From the human T2T-CHM13v2.0 reference genome, Homo sapiens: 64,000 nt of DNA. Of this stretch, positions 43,029 to 59,142 are shown in pieces; within the stretch, counting starts at the first letter, position 1; each line of letters opens with the position of its first letter. The notes beneath the pieces were generated by a model. The model saw only the letters and a list, made by a program, of their open reading frames with translations, searched no databases and was not told the DNA's origin. The stretch is from the NCBI RefSeq assembly GCF_009914755.1, contig NC_060930.1; one strand, written 5' to 3'. A program made the position numbers and the translations under genes.

Positions 43029-46000
43029 GTAAGACATGAGATTTAGCACACACAGATTTATAATGAAATTGACAGGGTAGTAGAGCAACTGTCATAGACT
43101 GGAAAAGTTGTGCTAGCCGGCCTCTGTTTCCATGTTTTGCTGGTCAATAACTTTAAAATTAATGAGTTCCATGGGCTTTCCTGAAAATAATGTAATAAAG
43201 TTATATATAAAATGCCATTACACAAATGAGGGCAAATTTGATTTAGTTAAATGATGTGGTTTATCGTCATTTTAAAAACTGGAATCCATTTATTTTGACC
43301 TCTCATTGTGATTGCCTCAGCACTGGAAGATTGTTTTATTTACGTATGCGAAGCTTAGCGAGTGTTCAAATCCATTTTTTCTCAGAGATACCAGGAATAT
43401 GTGCCAAGAAAAATAAGTATTATAGAATATATTAATGTTTTATTAAGTTTAATGAACTTCTGGTATAAGGATAAAGTTTTTTGCCATAGAAGTTATACAA
43501 GTAATTTTGCCTTGATACTAAGCAATTAAATGTCAATGATTAATATGGTGACTTACATTTGCTCAAATACAAAATAGACTATAACCTTGAGTTAAATGTG
43601 CTGTCCATGGCTCATCTGATGAGCATAGGTCACTAATTATGTTTGTAAATTTACTGTGGTTATAGAGTTAACATTGGAACAGGTCATAACTAATGTTAAT
43701 ATCAGCATAAATAACAAAAAGTAAGATAATATAGCCCATAATAAGACCAAATTCATGGGAATACATTGTTCTAGATGTATGAAGTTGAGGTTTATGGACT
43801 ATTCAAGATATTAAAACTAGAAAAATGGAAAAAAGAACCATACTGGGTTGAAAACTCTTGAAGTGTATTAGAATTTCAAGGTCTTAAAGTAATATATTTA
43901 ATAAAATACACAACCTTTTCTTAAAGGAATCAGGTCATCATTTTCAGTACCCACTTTGTACCTCTGCCCTAGGTGATTGTCCAGACATGTAATGGCCACA
44001 GAGTATTTTCCTTTCTGACTATTTGGAAAGGCCATGTGTCCTTGTAGAGCTAACCAGGGATTTTGAATCAGAAAGGGCTTGGTGAAAATTCTTGCCCACA
44101 ACTACCAAATATAAGACCATGGTTTTGTTTAATCTTTCTGAGTCTCAGTTAATTCATGTGTAAGATAGGGAACAGTAATAACTAATCTGAAGGCTTTTGT
44201 GAAGAATAAAAACTATAATGTATGTGAAGTCCCTAGCCTAAGCCTATTTTTAAACTGTTTTTGGTCTGATTCACTTAAAAAGCACATGCCCAAAGTTTAC
44301 TAATATGGAAAGAAAAAAGTTAAAATGCATTTAAAAGTAAAAAGGAAACCCAGATATGGTAAGCATAAAGGCTTAGTGGTCATAAAACCTTTATGAAACC
44401 AGATAGGGAGTAACTAAATACATGAATAATTGGTTGCTATGAATTAGTGTGAAATTTGACCCTGAGCTTCCTGGCAGTCTTTTACAGGAAGTTTTGCGAG
44501 TAAACAGAGGACATGGGGCAAGTGCACAAAGTGAAGATGGACTCTTCTTATTCGAAGTGATTCGATGTATTAGCATTTCACTTTCTGGAAAGTCAGACAT
44601 TGTGCATGCCTGACTCTATCTTGAATACAGCTATAAATCTAGAAGTGAGCAAAAACCTTTCCTTAGAGGAAGTAGCTGTCACAAAACTCATGAACATTAC
44701 TCTGTAGCAGAGGCCTAGGTCTAGCCTCAGATTGACTTCCAAAGATTGCGGGGAAATATGGCGGCACATCAGAGGCATACGAACATTCACCTGCATTGAG
44801 AAGAGAGGCTGTTCTAGGGGTGGCAGGAACACATGAAAGCCCAGTGTCTGGGGTAGTTAAGTGTACAAGCAAATAGAGTTAAGGAACCTGGCACCTTTCA
44901 GATACAGGAGTTCTGATGACACTGTTATCAAGAAAAGTTTTGCCTATGCTTAGTATTTTCTATTTAAGAGAGTTGGAAAATCTATATCTTTGAGGGTTTC
45001 CAATAAAAGTTATTTTGGCTGTTTATGTGAATAAATATCCAAAAACTTCAGTTCATCGAGCATTATGTTTCATGTTAATACCAATGTAACACAGTATGAC
45101 TGGCTAGGTTGCTGAAGACAGTTGAAAAATGTATTTTTGTGGAGTTCACTATTTTCTGAAATTTATTCAATTTATTTATTATAAATAGTAAAGTTCGTAA
45201 AAGTCTGGTTTTTAAAAGAAGAAAATATTTTTTCCATTAAAATATTTAAATATGTGTACATTATAATATTGTGTTATACGTTTGTTAAAATTAAAGCTGT
45301 ATCTCTCATAAGGATCTTTATTATGAACAGTGCTATAGTATGTGTCACGCACTTAAGCAATATGTATTATTGGGTTTATTTGAAAAAATTTCTAAGGTAA
45401 GATCTATAGTAAATAAGTAAGAAAGTCACCAGTCTGCAGAATTTAAAAATTCATCAGTTTATTACACACAAAGATAAAACAAGACAAAATAAGACAAAGG
45501 CAAGACACAAGTAAAACAAGATTCTTTGCTACACATCCAATATAAATCTTATCTTACCCTGGGTGAGTGAATTGCTACTTTTAAGTATTGATTTTTGCCC
45601 TGAGTTTATTGCTGTTTGCTGATTAAAAGATTGCTAGGTACTTAACCAATTCAAGGTGACTCTTTTACATCTATTAATCAATACATAATCAGAAATAAAG
45701 GAATGATATCAAATTCTTCAAAATTTCTTAAATCTACCAATGCCAAGTGAAATTTCTCATAATTTGGTTGATGTTATTCCAATATTTCAAACATGAGAAG
45801 AAAAATCAATTAACATGGACTTAAAAGGACATTTCCACCTCTTTGAAAACCATCTATTAAATCATGTGGAATATCTTAGTCGTTGATTCTGCTAGATGAC
45901 AATAAAGCTAATTTTTGTGGGAAATGGTAGAGAGGTGCAAGAAAGGAGGAAAGTATTTTGTAACAATATGTTTCAATTTGGTTAGTTCCACCATAATTGC

Positions 46001-46822
46001 TGTTGAGGTTGAATGGATCTTTTGTTTTTCCTATCATGTATTTTCTAAACTCTGTTCCTGGGAATTCTGATTTTCCAAAATGCTTCCCAAAATGTAGTTC
46101 TGGTTTGTGTTCAAGAATATTCAGAAAACACTGAGCAGGAAATGCACTATACAACACATTTCCCCTTGGAGACTCGTATCTGTATTGTAATATACTAAAG
46201 ACTGTGAGGCACTCTGGAGGTTAATCCAGTGTTTCCTAAACTCGCCTATCACTGTAATATATTTTAATGTGTGTGCAATAACAGTGAATATTCTGAGGAA
46301 CTAGCAGTGTTCTCTGCAACATATCTTAGGAAATGACCTGTTAGCATATGAATTTGTAGTCTGATTTTATTTTTGAGTTGCATTTTTGGAATAATGATAG
46401 ACAAAGAGATACATTCAAGCTGGGTATATTTGTATCTATAACATGAAGTTACTTCTGGAATAGTTTTAAGAAATAGGTACTAGTTTCTATGTATTATGTT
46501 AAGTAAAACTAAGACAACAAATCTTGACTATTTTCCAAATGTCTTTAAGACTATAAGTGCATCAACAAAGAGTATTACTTATATTTACCTTCTACTGAAA
46601 TTTCATAACGAAAAGGAAAAAAAAATCATTTATTACTATAGTAAAAATGATCATGTACCTCAGGGCATTCTGATAAATAATGGTTTCTTTAAGAGATTAT
46701 AAGAAGAAACAGATCTCATGCATAAATTTAATAATTTCTATTGTATTAACATAATATGTCTCAAGACAATTTTATCTTCTCAAATAATGAATGTTCAGTA
46801 ATATTACAAAAATAATGATAAT

Positions 46823-47163
<341 letters not shown>

Positions 47164-47489
47164 TTATATTGAGACTTGGTACAATCAAATCAACACAGTG
47201 GTCAATTTCTAAATGCCATAAATATTGCTACCTTGAGTAAAAAAGCAACTCTTTGAGATTGAGAAAGAAAACAGGTCATCTGACATTAGTTTTCTTTAAC
47301 AGCATATATCTAATATAAGGAGCTGAACAATTATATTTTAAATAATTTAAATTTTACTTTTTGTATTTAAAAATTTGATATATTTTGAATTTGAGAGCGA
47401 AAGACTTATCCAATGATATGTAAATTTACTTATGATCTCATAATAACATTCTTCTTGATTTCAGAAAAAGGAGTTCATACCATTTATTT

Positions 47490-47876
<387 letters not shown>

Positions 47877-47943
47877 TAAAGCTACAAAGAATTTTAGAAT
47901 TCTGTGATAATTCAGTGAAGGATAGCTCTTTAAATAAGGTTAA

Positions 47944-48264
<321 letters not shown>

Positions 48265-48760
48265 TAGCTTCATTAATACAAATAAAATTAATTACTTTCT
48301 AAGAAGAAATCTGTTAATAAACAAAAAACATGAGATTCGTGCTTGGTTCTAATTCCTCATATCATTATCTGATGACAGGTCTGGGTGTTGTTGGTGAGTG
48401 TCTTCAGAGATGCAACCTAGTGCCTATTGGATGGCAATGTACTCAGAAAAAACAAAACAGACTTTCAAATCAGTATACATCACTAGACACTTATTTTGAA
48501 TAAGACAGAGTACTAAGGGCTGCAGTGGGAACATACATAATAAAGTCCTAGCCCTCAAGGCAATTATTATGCTTTGATTATTTTTAAGTACATTATGATA
48601 TAATAATGATAGGTTTTAGCCGCTCAGAAACATTCTAAGTGTACAAACCATTGACACCTCAGTTTCTCACATGGACCTGTGGTAGCAAGTCTATAATTAT
48701 TCTTCAGAATGTCTTAACAATGGGAATGATTGTAAAGCATTTTATGCTGTAACATGGTAA

Positions 48761-49104
<344 letters not shown>

Positions 49105-50648
49105 TAATATCTACTTATATATTTATTTCTCTTTCTAATTGTGTCTAACTAGAGTCATTGGTAACAGGCACTCACTCAGAAGGCCCTGACATGCCCCAAA
49201 ACAAGTCATCTATTCTGCCAATGTTTCTGATGTGTTATCTAGATATTACTTTCAGTATGGCTTGAATGTTGCTTCTGATCTATATGTTATTCCTTACAAG
49301 GCAACTTCACATAATAAAATAAGTAATAAATGCAAATTAAATTTAATAAGTAGGAAATCTCTGGCGGTAAGGTACTGGATGTATGTATCTTTATACCACA
49401 ATTGGTTGCATTCATTCTTAATAAACTAATTTTGGTGATGACCTAAATGAAGGAAAGAAAGATAAAAACATGCAAAGGATGATATTTTATTTTTTTGGCA
49501 TTACATCATTTATTTTGGAAACCTCCTTCCTTGTCTCTGCTACTCATAAGAGTAGCAATGACTCTTGCTGTGTTTTGGATTCAACTGATAAAGTTGCCTT
49601 AGATGTTCCTTTTGTCTGAGGGACAATTTTGATGGTAGAGGATGTGAGTGAGTTGCTTTGCCCCCATACGTTAACTCCCCTAAGCTGCCGGCTCATGTTT
49701 GATTTTATTGGTGACATTGTCATGGGCCATGGTAGGCACTTCAGCATCTTTAAGACTGCAGCTGCCCTCCCTAAGGTATTTGTGTTGCTTACTGTGCATT
49801 CTACGTCTCCACTTGGCACATCGCCCACAATGGCCCATTCATCATTGGTATATTTTAAATTTATTATCCACTTTTCTCCAGAGATAGCATCCAGAGTTGA
49901 CATCTAAAATACCCTGTGGAAATAATTATTTTCATAAAACAGATGGGTGGTAGAGACCAAAATTTCATGTTAAGTTTCTCAGTAAGCATCCGTCAGCTGG
50001 AAGGCAACTGGAGGGAATTCGGAACCAGGATTCTCTGAGTTTCTGAACAGTGTGTCACTCCTGAATTTTTAGTAAAATTAATTAATTTTTCCCTTTCTTA
50101 GGGAGGTAAGACATTTCCGAGATGTCAATAAGAGGATTATATGGTTGATCTCTCTGCATCAGATATTAGAGATTTGATGATTAGGATAATGTTCTCCAAA
50201 TAACTGAGACAACCCTTAAGCATTATGAGTAATTAAAAAATTCTGGTCTTACCCCAGGTGAAGTATAGTAGTAAACAGTAACCGTGAATCCTGATCATTT
50301 GGCAGACCAAAGTGAAAAACTAAGTAGTTGAAAAACTTAAATCTCTTTTGAATAAGAAATAATTCCATCTTAATTTCTTTCTGGCCTCTTCTCCTTTGAG
50401 CCAATAACAAAAATTTAAAAATTGCAAAAGAATCTATAGCAAGAAATTTTAAAAAGAGAGAGGAAAGGAAATATGCTATGATAGTGGTGGACCATGAGGA
50501 TCATTGGGAAATTGCTAAGCAGTGAGAATTAAAGTCCTAATGTGCATAATGGCAAAATGAGGAGAGACTGGAAAAATGAAAAAGCGAGTGTGTACAGGTG
50601 TTTAATTCACATACCTATGAAAATCTAAATGAAGAACCTGTGTCTTCA

Positions 50649-50672
50649 GTGTGTGTGTGTGTGTGTGTGTGT
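50649..50672. repeat. (GT)n microsatellite
   Basis: Directly visible. Confidence 0.95.
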
Positions 50673-51302
50673 TGATGGTGACAAGGATTCTTATTCCAAA
50701 GAGGTTTTCTATCTCTCCCTAAGTGCCAACTAGTATGGTGAGGAGCATGTTAGATCTGATTCCAGGAGACTGGTAGGTAATACAGTTAAAGTTGTGCTTG
50801 TATGGCTTTGACAAATCACTTAACCTTTGGCTTCTTTATCTACAAAGTGAAAGGTTGGATTGGATTTGAAAATATTGCTATGCTCTTCATTATTTTATAC
50901 ATCTATCAAAAGTGCTCTCTGGCTGTGGATTTATTAAATTCTTTCCATACCAAATGATGCCTATTTATTCAAACATTAGGAATCTTGAAATAGTTTCTAT
51001 TTTTATATTATCACTGATCAAATGTAAAACAGAAGTCCTTGTTATTAGATGAAACCTTCCTTTTAGAATAGAAAGTTCACAGTTCAGTACTGATCAATTA
51101 AATTGCATAGTTTTCTATGTTTTCACTGAGAAATAACAAAGATTCAGGAATTGGATCATGGGTAAATATTGTGAAATAGATGAAAAAAGTAGCATGTAAG
51201 TGCCTTAATGTTTGTATTGAAATGCCCAAAATAAAGCATTATATTTTCTCACACTTAACCTAAAATAAAGTGGATGCTATGTTTTTATTTGGAATAAAAA
51301 AA

Positions 51303-51304
<2 letters not shown>

Positions 51305-51345
<41 letters not shown>
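51305..51345. repeat. (AC)n(AT)n microsatellite
   Basis: Directly visible. Confidence 0.95.
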
Positions 51346-53126
51346 CATAAAATCTGTGTGTTAAATGTTATTTTAAAAATGGTTTCTTTTATTCATTCTC
51401 TTTCTGTCATTCCTACCACTCCCTGCAACGTACCTGACACAGATATCTTAGTTCCTTTGCAACCTTAATTTTAGCCCCTCTGCATCACTGGTGGTTGAGG
51501 AAAAAGTGGACGCACAAGTATTGCCAAACTCTAGCCACCATTTTCATTTTCTTTCTTACATTAAGAAAAATGAGGGCTGTATCTATTGGAACCCAGGGAG
51601 GGGAGCTGAGAGTTGAAAAGTGAAACTGATAAGGATCCAGATTTCTACTTTATGGTTCAAATCAAGTTCTCGAAGCCATCCAGCCCTTTGAAAACCACTG
51701 CTAATTAAAGCAGTGTCTGCTGATAATGTAAGTCTGAGACTCACTGTTTGAATGGATCTTTTGATATAGCTCTGTGTGATGGCGAATAACAGAAAGGAGA
51801 TAGATGGATTGCAGGCTTTAACCGAGCTGTGCTTTCACAGTGACATATATAGCATACTGTACGTGTGGCGAAATATTTTCTAGGTTCTCATTGTGAGAAT
51901 TACAATTATATATCTAGTTGTTCTGTCTCAAGTACAGCTCCCCTAAGGGAATGACAAATAGACTGTGGTATTAGTGATGGAATTGTATTAGAGAATCATT
52001 TGCTTTATTTTGCTACATGACCTTCATGAAAATAAGGAGATGATTTTTAAAAAAATGGTTAGAGGATGTTTGTAGTTCAATTGCTGGTCTTTTGTTATTA
52101 TTTATAACCTAAAAATTTCTCAAGGGTCCTTTTATTAATTTTCTTCTCAGTTAATGGGTATTTTCTTGCATGGGTAGCTTCTGGGAAGACACCCCCCTCC
52201 ACCCCCAGCTTGGTCTTCAAAATAGGCCTAGTACCCTTATAGCTGTCAGAGCGTAGCAATTTAGAGACCACCTCGTGATTTTAAATACCAACTTGATGAC
52301 ATTCGTCTTAGGAGCAGTTGAGAGAGCTCATAGGATTGCTTTCCTGAACCTGTTATAATTTCTCTGGGGATATCATGTCATAGTGGGAGGCTGAAGGAAG
52401 AAAATGTTAGCATAAATTAATACACTTATCACAGAGAGTGGGGCATTAACTTAGAATGTGAAGGAAATATATGGGAAATAAAACCTTTTTTCATCCCTAT
52501 TTTGTTTTTCCACTTGAACTCAGCTTTCAGTTTTGGAATTCTGGCATGTTTTGTTGTGCCACCTGCTTCTGCTTATTCATTCATTCAGCCCAGCAATCCT
52601 TTGCCTACAGCTTGTAGACCTCCTGCCTGCTGGTCCATCTTTGCATGGGGTGGGGAAGGAAAAGAAAGAGCTGGTTTTAGAGGCTTTCAATGAATCTCCT
52701 TCTTTTCAGCCCTTCTTTACAGTCATGCCTTTGCCTTTGTGGAATTTGTCTTCCTTGACTCTGGCACCCTCCAGGGTTTGCAAAGTCATTTATACTAAGG
52801 TCTCTTCTTGGCAGCTCATCTTCATCTGGCTGTCTACCTCTATCTCCTTTTCATCTTCCAGAAATTTGCAATGTGCTTTTTCACACTGATTTTTCTCTTT
52901 GCCAGGTCTCTTATTTTTGTGGGTTTATGGTTTAACATTCCTTTACTCTCATTTTAATAGTGTCCAGAGAAGAATATAAAATGAACATGTGTGTTCCATT
53001 AGTGATCTTGACCCAGAAGCCCCTCAATTTATTTTAAAAGCTTGCTCTCAATGCTGTATTTGTGTTCGAAAATCATTTCAATAAATGATGGGTGCTATGG
53101 AACATCTTTATTCTTTTTTTGAGGGA

Positions 53127-53517
53127 TGCTACGGTCTGGATGTGTCCTCCAACATTCAGATGTTGGAATTTAATAATCAACTGATAGTATGAAGAGGTGG
53201 GGCTTTTAAGAGGTGATGAAGCTGTGAGGTTGGAGTCCTAGTGGATGAGAGTAGTGCCCTTCTAGCAGGGCTTGAGGGAATGAGTTCATTCTCTTCTGCT
53301 CTTCTGCCATGTGAGGACACAGTGTTCCTCCCTTTTTTGCCTTCTGTCCCTTCCACCATGTGAGGATGCCTAGAAGACACCATCAATGAGAAATGAGCCT
53401 TTACCAGACACAGAACCTGCTGGCACCCTGATCTTGGACTTCCCGGAGTATATTTCTGTTCTTCATAAATTATCCAGTCTCAGATATTTTGTTATAGCGG
53501 CAAAAATGGACCAAGAC
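53127..53517 (+). mobile_element. MaLR solo LTR (MSTC/MSTD-like)
   Basis: TGCTACGGTCTGGATGTGTCC...CTGCCATGTGAGGACACAG...ATCTTGGACTTCC...TGGACCAAGAC. Confidence 0.85.
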
Positions 53518-53521
53518 TAAA

Positions 53522-54529
53522 GATTCAAATACATTTTAAACCCAGCAACTTTTTTTTTCTGTTCAGGGTATCATACTATATACTATGTGAAATCATTGCA
53601 TAAGTTATGTTATTTGGCATGCCAGAAATTTTGATCATATAACCAAAATTATGTCATTTCTAAAAGCTTGAAAATTTCAGCTTGTATAACGGGTTATAAT
53701 CTTTACTCTTTTTCTTAGCATAAGAAAATCATTTGCCATAGTGATTTTGGTGGTTAAATGCTGGGATGCGGTGGTAAGAATCAAATCTGGGCTCCTATGT
53801 GCTTAACCTAAATGAGCCACCATTTTCTCATGTGTATAATGGGCTATGACTTGCCTCACAGAGCTGTCAGATGAACTAAATGTAAGCACTCAATAAGTGG
53901 TATGGTAGCCATTAGAGAAATGAGAATCACAGTGGTATACAAATTACTTCTTGTGTCTGGAGAAACCCTGGACTTGTGATTGGGGATTGTTTTCTTCAGA
54001 AAAAAACCACATATGATTTCAAGCAACTATCAGACCAGAGACAATGCTTACTTTCCCACTAGGAAGTGTGCCTTGAAAATTTTATTAACTTTTAATTGTA
54101 TTTTTGTTCTGTGAAGTGACAAAGTTTCAAAAACAAGAATGTTTAAAAGATCCTGCCTATTCTGAAAGATGTTATGTCCTAATCTCAGTGGAGATTAATT
54201 ATATTACAAGAATGCAAGCATTACATAGAGGTAAAAATAAATGCTAAATTGTGAGGTACAAATAATTAGGACTATACCTAATATGTGCTTCATAGAATTA
54301 ATTTAAAAATCCCCAAAGCTGCTAGATTTGTCAAGTTGGGACATTTGTAGGAGGTAAAGAATATAGGTAAGAAGAAGGAGAGTTAGGGAAGGAGTCCTGG
54401 TACATGCGTGTGTGCACAGAATGTTCAAAAGAAGAACATAAGTACACGATTGACAGCACAATCTGATTCAATACATTTTAAACACAGCAACTATTTTTTT
54501 TTTTTTCTGTTCAGGGTATCATACTATAT
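53522..54529 (+). repeat. Dispersed ~60-bp direct repeat pair
   Basis: 53522-53581 and 54465-54529 both read GATTCAA(A)TACATTTTAAAC(C/A)CAGCAACT..(T)nCTGTTCAGGGTATCATACTATAT. Confidence 0.93.
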
Positions 54530-56451
54530 GCCTCTTACCTTCATCTGGCATTTTTATTCCTTGCACGTAAGATATTTTCCTAGGAAAGCAACACTTCCAA
54601 TAATTAATTAATTTTTTTACTTAAGAATTTTTCTAAAAAATATGCAGTCTCATCTGCAGACAGGACTATAAATTGCTACCATTTTTCTGGAGTATAATAT
54701 GTATGGAGACCTTAATTATTTACCTACCTACAGGCCAGATAATTTTACTCCAGACATTTATATGAAGCAAAGAAATATACAAATATTTAGTTTAATGATG
54801 TTTATTGCAATATTGTTTATAAAAGTAAAAATAGTGGACACAGTAGGGGAATTAGTTACTAATCTATGATAACATGATACAAGGAAATGTAAAGGCCTTG
54901 GTATAGTGGACAGTATTTTCCTTTTTTCCACAAAAGTACAGATGTTATGCAAAGTGGAATGCTTCTTTTATAGATCATGCATGTTGACAGAACATTAACA
55001 TGTAAATCAGTGAATATATTTGTGCAGCCCTATTAGCCAAACCCTAGAATCTTAACAACCCAAATAAAGGCAACAATATTATGGGTTAAACTGTATTTTT
55101 CAGTTTTACTAAGATTTCAAATAGCTCAGAGTAATTTTTTTTTGTAAAAAAATTGTACTGTAACCTCACATTTTTATTATCTTGCTGACTCAATGAGATT
55201 GTGTCAGAGAGGAATGCAAGGCCATCTGATTTTGGTGCTTTACTCCTTATCCGAGAGCAGATTTATGGAAGCCTTGGGTGCTTACATCCTTCTGCCTGTA
55301 CCACCTTGGCTACCAGCAGACTGCAGGCTCCTCAAGGTCAGGAACTCTATGTTCTTGGCACCTTGTAAGCCTGATACGTGGAAAGTGGTACTCAAACCTT
55401 GTTTGAACTGTCTAGGATGGGTTTTACATGTCTGAGTGTGTGTGCGTGTGTGTGCACATGTGTGTGCATGCGCTTTATCCGATTTGTTATGACGGGATCC
55501 CAAGCTAAGTCTAAATTAAATTTACCTTGATATTCAGCCACATCTGGAGAGCTGGTGGTTTGGCACTTTCACAGACCGTTTTCAAGAGACAATGAAGAGC
55601 TTTTCAGGAAGGGACTTGTCCTGAGGGAAGAGACAGATGAGATATGGTTTTTGTTCATGGAAAATGAGAGACCCTGAGCATGGCCGACTGCCTCCACCTT
55701 CTGATTGACCTCCAACTTAACCTCATCAGTCATGCTGAGTAAAAAATTTTCCATGAAATCTTTGTGTGATATACAAAGCACTAAATGCTGGCATGCTTGT
55801 TGCTGGCAGATTACCCCCTATAGTGTGGCCATCAGTAGGCAGCTATGGCATTGGTGGCAGAATTGCAGATTTTGTCATTGGAAAAGCATCACCAGAGTGT
55901 GACAGGAGGAGAATGGCAGTCTCCCGTCACTTAGCCAAAGTGCTAGTTCACAGAGCAATGACAGAATTATGGAGACTATGGAACTTTCTGAGAGTAGGTG
56001 AAAGTGGAACAGGAGAGTTCTATTTTTTTCATGCTATGTTTGATGATTAATTTGGCCTCATTTTTTGCCTCAAGAATAACCCAGTAAAACTCAATGAGAG
56101 GTTATATTTACAATTCCCTTGTGAAAATTAAGTAATATAAAAATGGTTTTTAGTATCTATTAGATATTTTCAGATATCATGAAATTCTTTACCACTGGCA
56201 GTTATGATTACAGAGATACTTATGAAATCAATAAAAATTGGGTTATCCTTTGAAAATTTTCATATTTATTTTGAAGGAATTTATATTTTGCTTACATTTT
56301 TATTCTTATTCTACCAAAATCCTGTGCTGAGGGGTAGCTTCTCCTCCATCACAGCCTGCAATAACAACCATACACAATAATGATGAGGTAGGGCAGAGTA
56401 CTTCTGAATATCTGGAACTTTTGTGCATTTGGTTTGGGTTTGTTTTTATAA

Positions 56452-56736
<285 letters not shown>

Positions 56737-57186
56737 AGGGATCATTTTTTGGTTTCCCATGTGTTTAAAGTTGTAGGTACAATTTTAGATTGGTATCTAT
56801 CAATAATTGTGAGAAGGAATAAGCTGTCTGTCATTCTGAAAAGAAGCATGCTGCCATTTTTCTTATTACTCAGATTGTATTGATGTCTTACCATTAATAA
56901 TAGGACAACTATTGATGTTTTGATCCAGTAGTCTAAATATTTCAGGACATTACTTTTACAAAACATCTTTAATTAAATTTTTTAATGTAACATCAGAATT
57001 GAAAACCAAATCCCTGTTGATTGATAGTTTAAGATAAACTGAGTAATCTTGCCTGATGATGATCATGATATAGATAATAGGCAGAACACGTTCCATGTTC
57101 TAAGAAATAGGTAAAGTACTTTGCGATCATCACCACGAATCTTGGAGGTAGTTGCTATTTTCCCATTTTGCAGTTGGAGGAACTAA

Positions 57187-57482
<296 letters not shown>

Positions 57483-58283
57483 TGGAACTAAGTCTTAAGT
57501 CAGTGGCCCAGGACACATAGCAAGCCAGTGGAAGAGTTGGCCTCAGGACAGCCTGAATCCAGGTCTACTCTCCTAACCCTCACCTATATCCCTCTCATGA
57601 CAGGCCCAGAACCTCAGCTCCCCATCACCCCTTTATGATGATTTCCTATTCTCCTCAGAGGAAATACATACTTTGTATTTACCCCAATGTGTAATAAACA
57701 AATAGTCAAAGATGACATTTACCTCATGAGGTCATTATTATTCTTCATTCTTGAAAAATTGGACTAATGTTTAGGCATCATGGAATGGAATAAAATCTTA
57801 CTACTATAGACTCTAAGTAAGTAATAGTACTTTAACATTCTTCTAAATTTACCTAACATCTTGTTAATAACATTACTTAACAACTTGTTAAAACAATTTC
57901 TCTTTAAAGAGGGAAATATATTTGGATTACACGTTAAAATGTCACTAGAAATGTAATTAGATAGGTGATAACTTTTATATCACATATACAAAGCTGTCTT
58001 GCCAAAATTTTGACTACTTTTTGGGGACCTACTTTGTTGGTCAACTATTATTGTCTTGTCTTGATTGCAAACGAAAAACGAACCAAAAAGAAAATATCTA
58101 ACATAATTTCTCTTCAATTAATGTTAAATAATTCTTTCAGATTTCTATGTTAGTGTGTAAACCTAGGATACATGAAACCCCTGATAATCACTAATCTGCT
58201 CTTCATCTATATTCATCAACAATGTCATTAGCAAATATAATTATATTATTTCACTAACACTAAATAAATGAAATTTTGCAGTG

Positions 58284-59140
58284 CAGTCATGTGCTGTATG
58301 ATGATGTTTTGGTCAATGATGAACTGCATATATGATGGTGGTCATATAAGATTATAATGGAGCTGACAAATTCCTGTTGCCTAGTGGCATCTTAATGATC
58401 CTGCTCCTCCTGCGTAGGCCTAAGCTAATGTGTGTGTTTTTCACTTAGTTTATAATAAAAGCATTTAAAAAGTTAAAAAACATTAAAAATAGAAAAAAGC
58501 TTATAGACTAAGGATAAGAAGAAAATACTTTTTGTATAGCTGTACAATGTATCTGTTTTAAGCTAAGTATTATTACAAAAGTCAAAAAGTTAAAAAAATG
58601 TAAAAAGTTCATAAAGTAAAAAAATTAAAGTAAGCTAAGATTAATTTATTATTGAAGAAAAAATATTTTTATGTATTTAGTGTAGCTTAAGTGCACAGTG
58701 TTTATAAAGTCTACAGTAGTGTAGAGTAATGTCCTAGGCCATCATCCTCATTCTTCACTCACTCACTGACCCACCCAGAGCAACTTCCAGTCCGGTAAGC
58801 TCTATTCATGGTAAATGCCCTATACAGGTGTGCCATTTTTTATCTTTTATACTATATTTTTACTGTACCTTTTCTATGTTTAGATACACAAATATATACC
58901 ATTGTGTTACAGTTGCCTATAGTATTCAGTACAGTTACATGTTGTACAGGTTTGTAGCCTAGGAGAAACAGTCTATACCATATAGCCCAGATATGGCCGT
59001 ATACTATAACCTACTGCTAGGTGTGGTAGATTATACCATCTCAGTTTGTGTAAGTTTACTCCATGAGGTTTACACAATGACAAAATTGCCAAGGACTCAT
59101 TTCTTAGAATGAATCTCTGTCATTAAGCGATGCCTGACTG
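58284..59140 (+). mobile_element. Tigger3/MER7 (TcMar-Tigger) non-autonomous DNA transposon
   Basis: TIRs CAGTCATGTGCTG and AGCGATGCCTGACTG followed by TA; internal GGTGGTCATATAAGATTATAATGGAGCTG and ACTGACCCACCCAGAGCAACTTCCAGTCC. Confidence 0.88.
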
Positions 59141-59142
59141 TA

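Noticed and set aside
45470-45520. ~10-bp periodic AAGACAAAA-like repeats
   Set aside because: Short degenerate simple repeat with no evidence of function.
49544-49903. 119-aa minus-strand ORF with overlapping + strand ORFs
   Set aside because: No recognisable domain; ORFs of this length are expected by chance in 64 kb across six frames.
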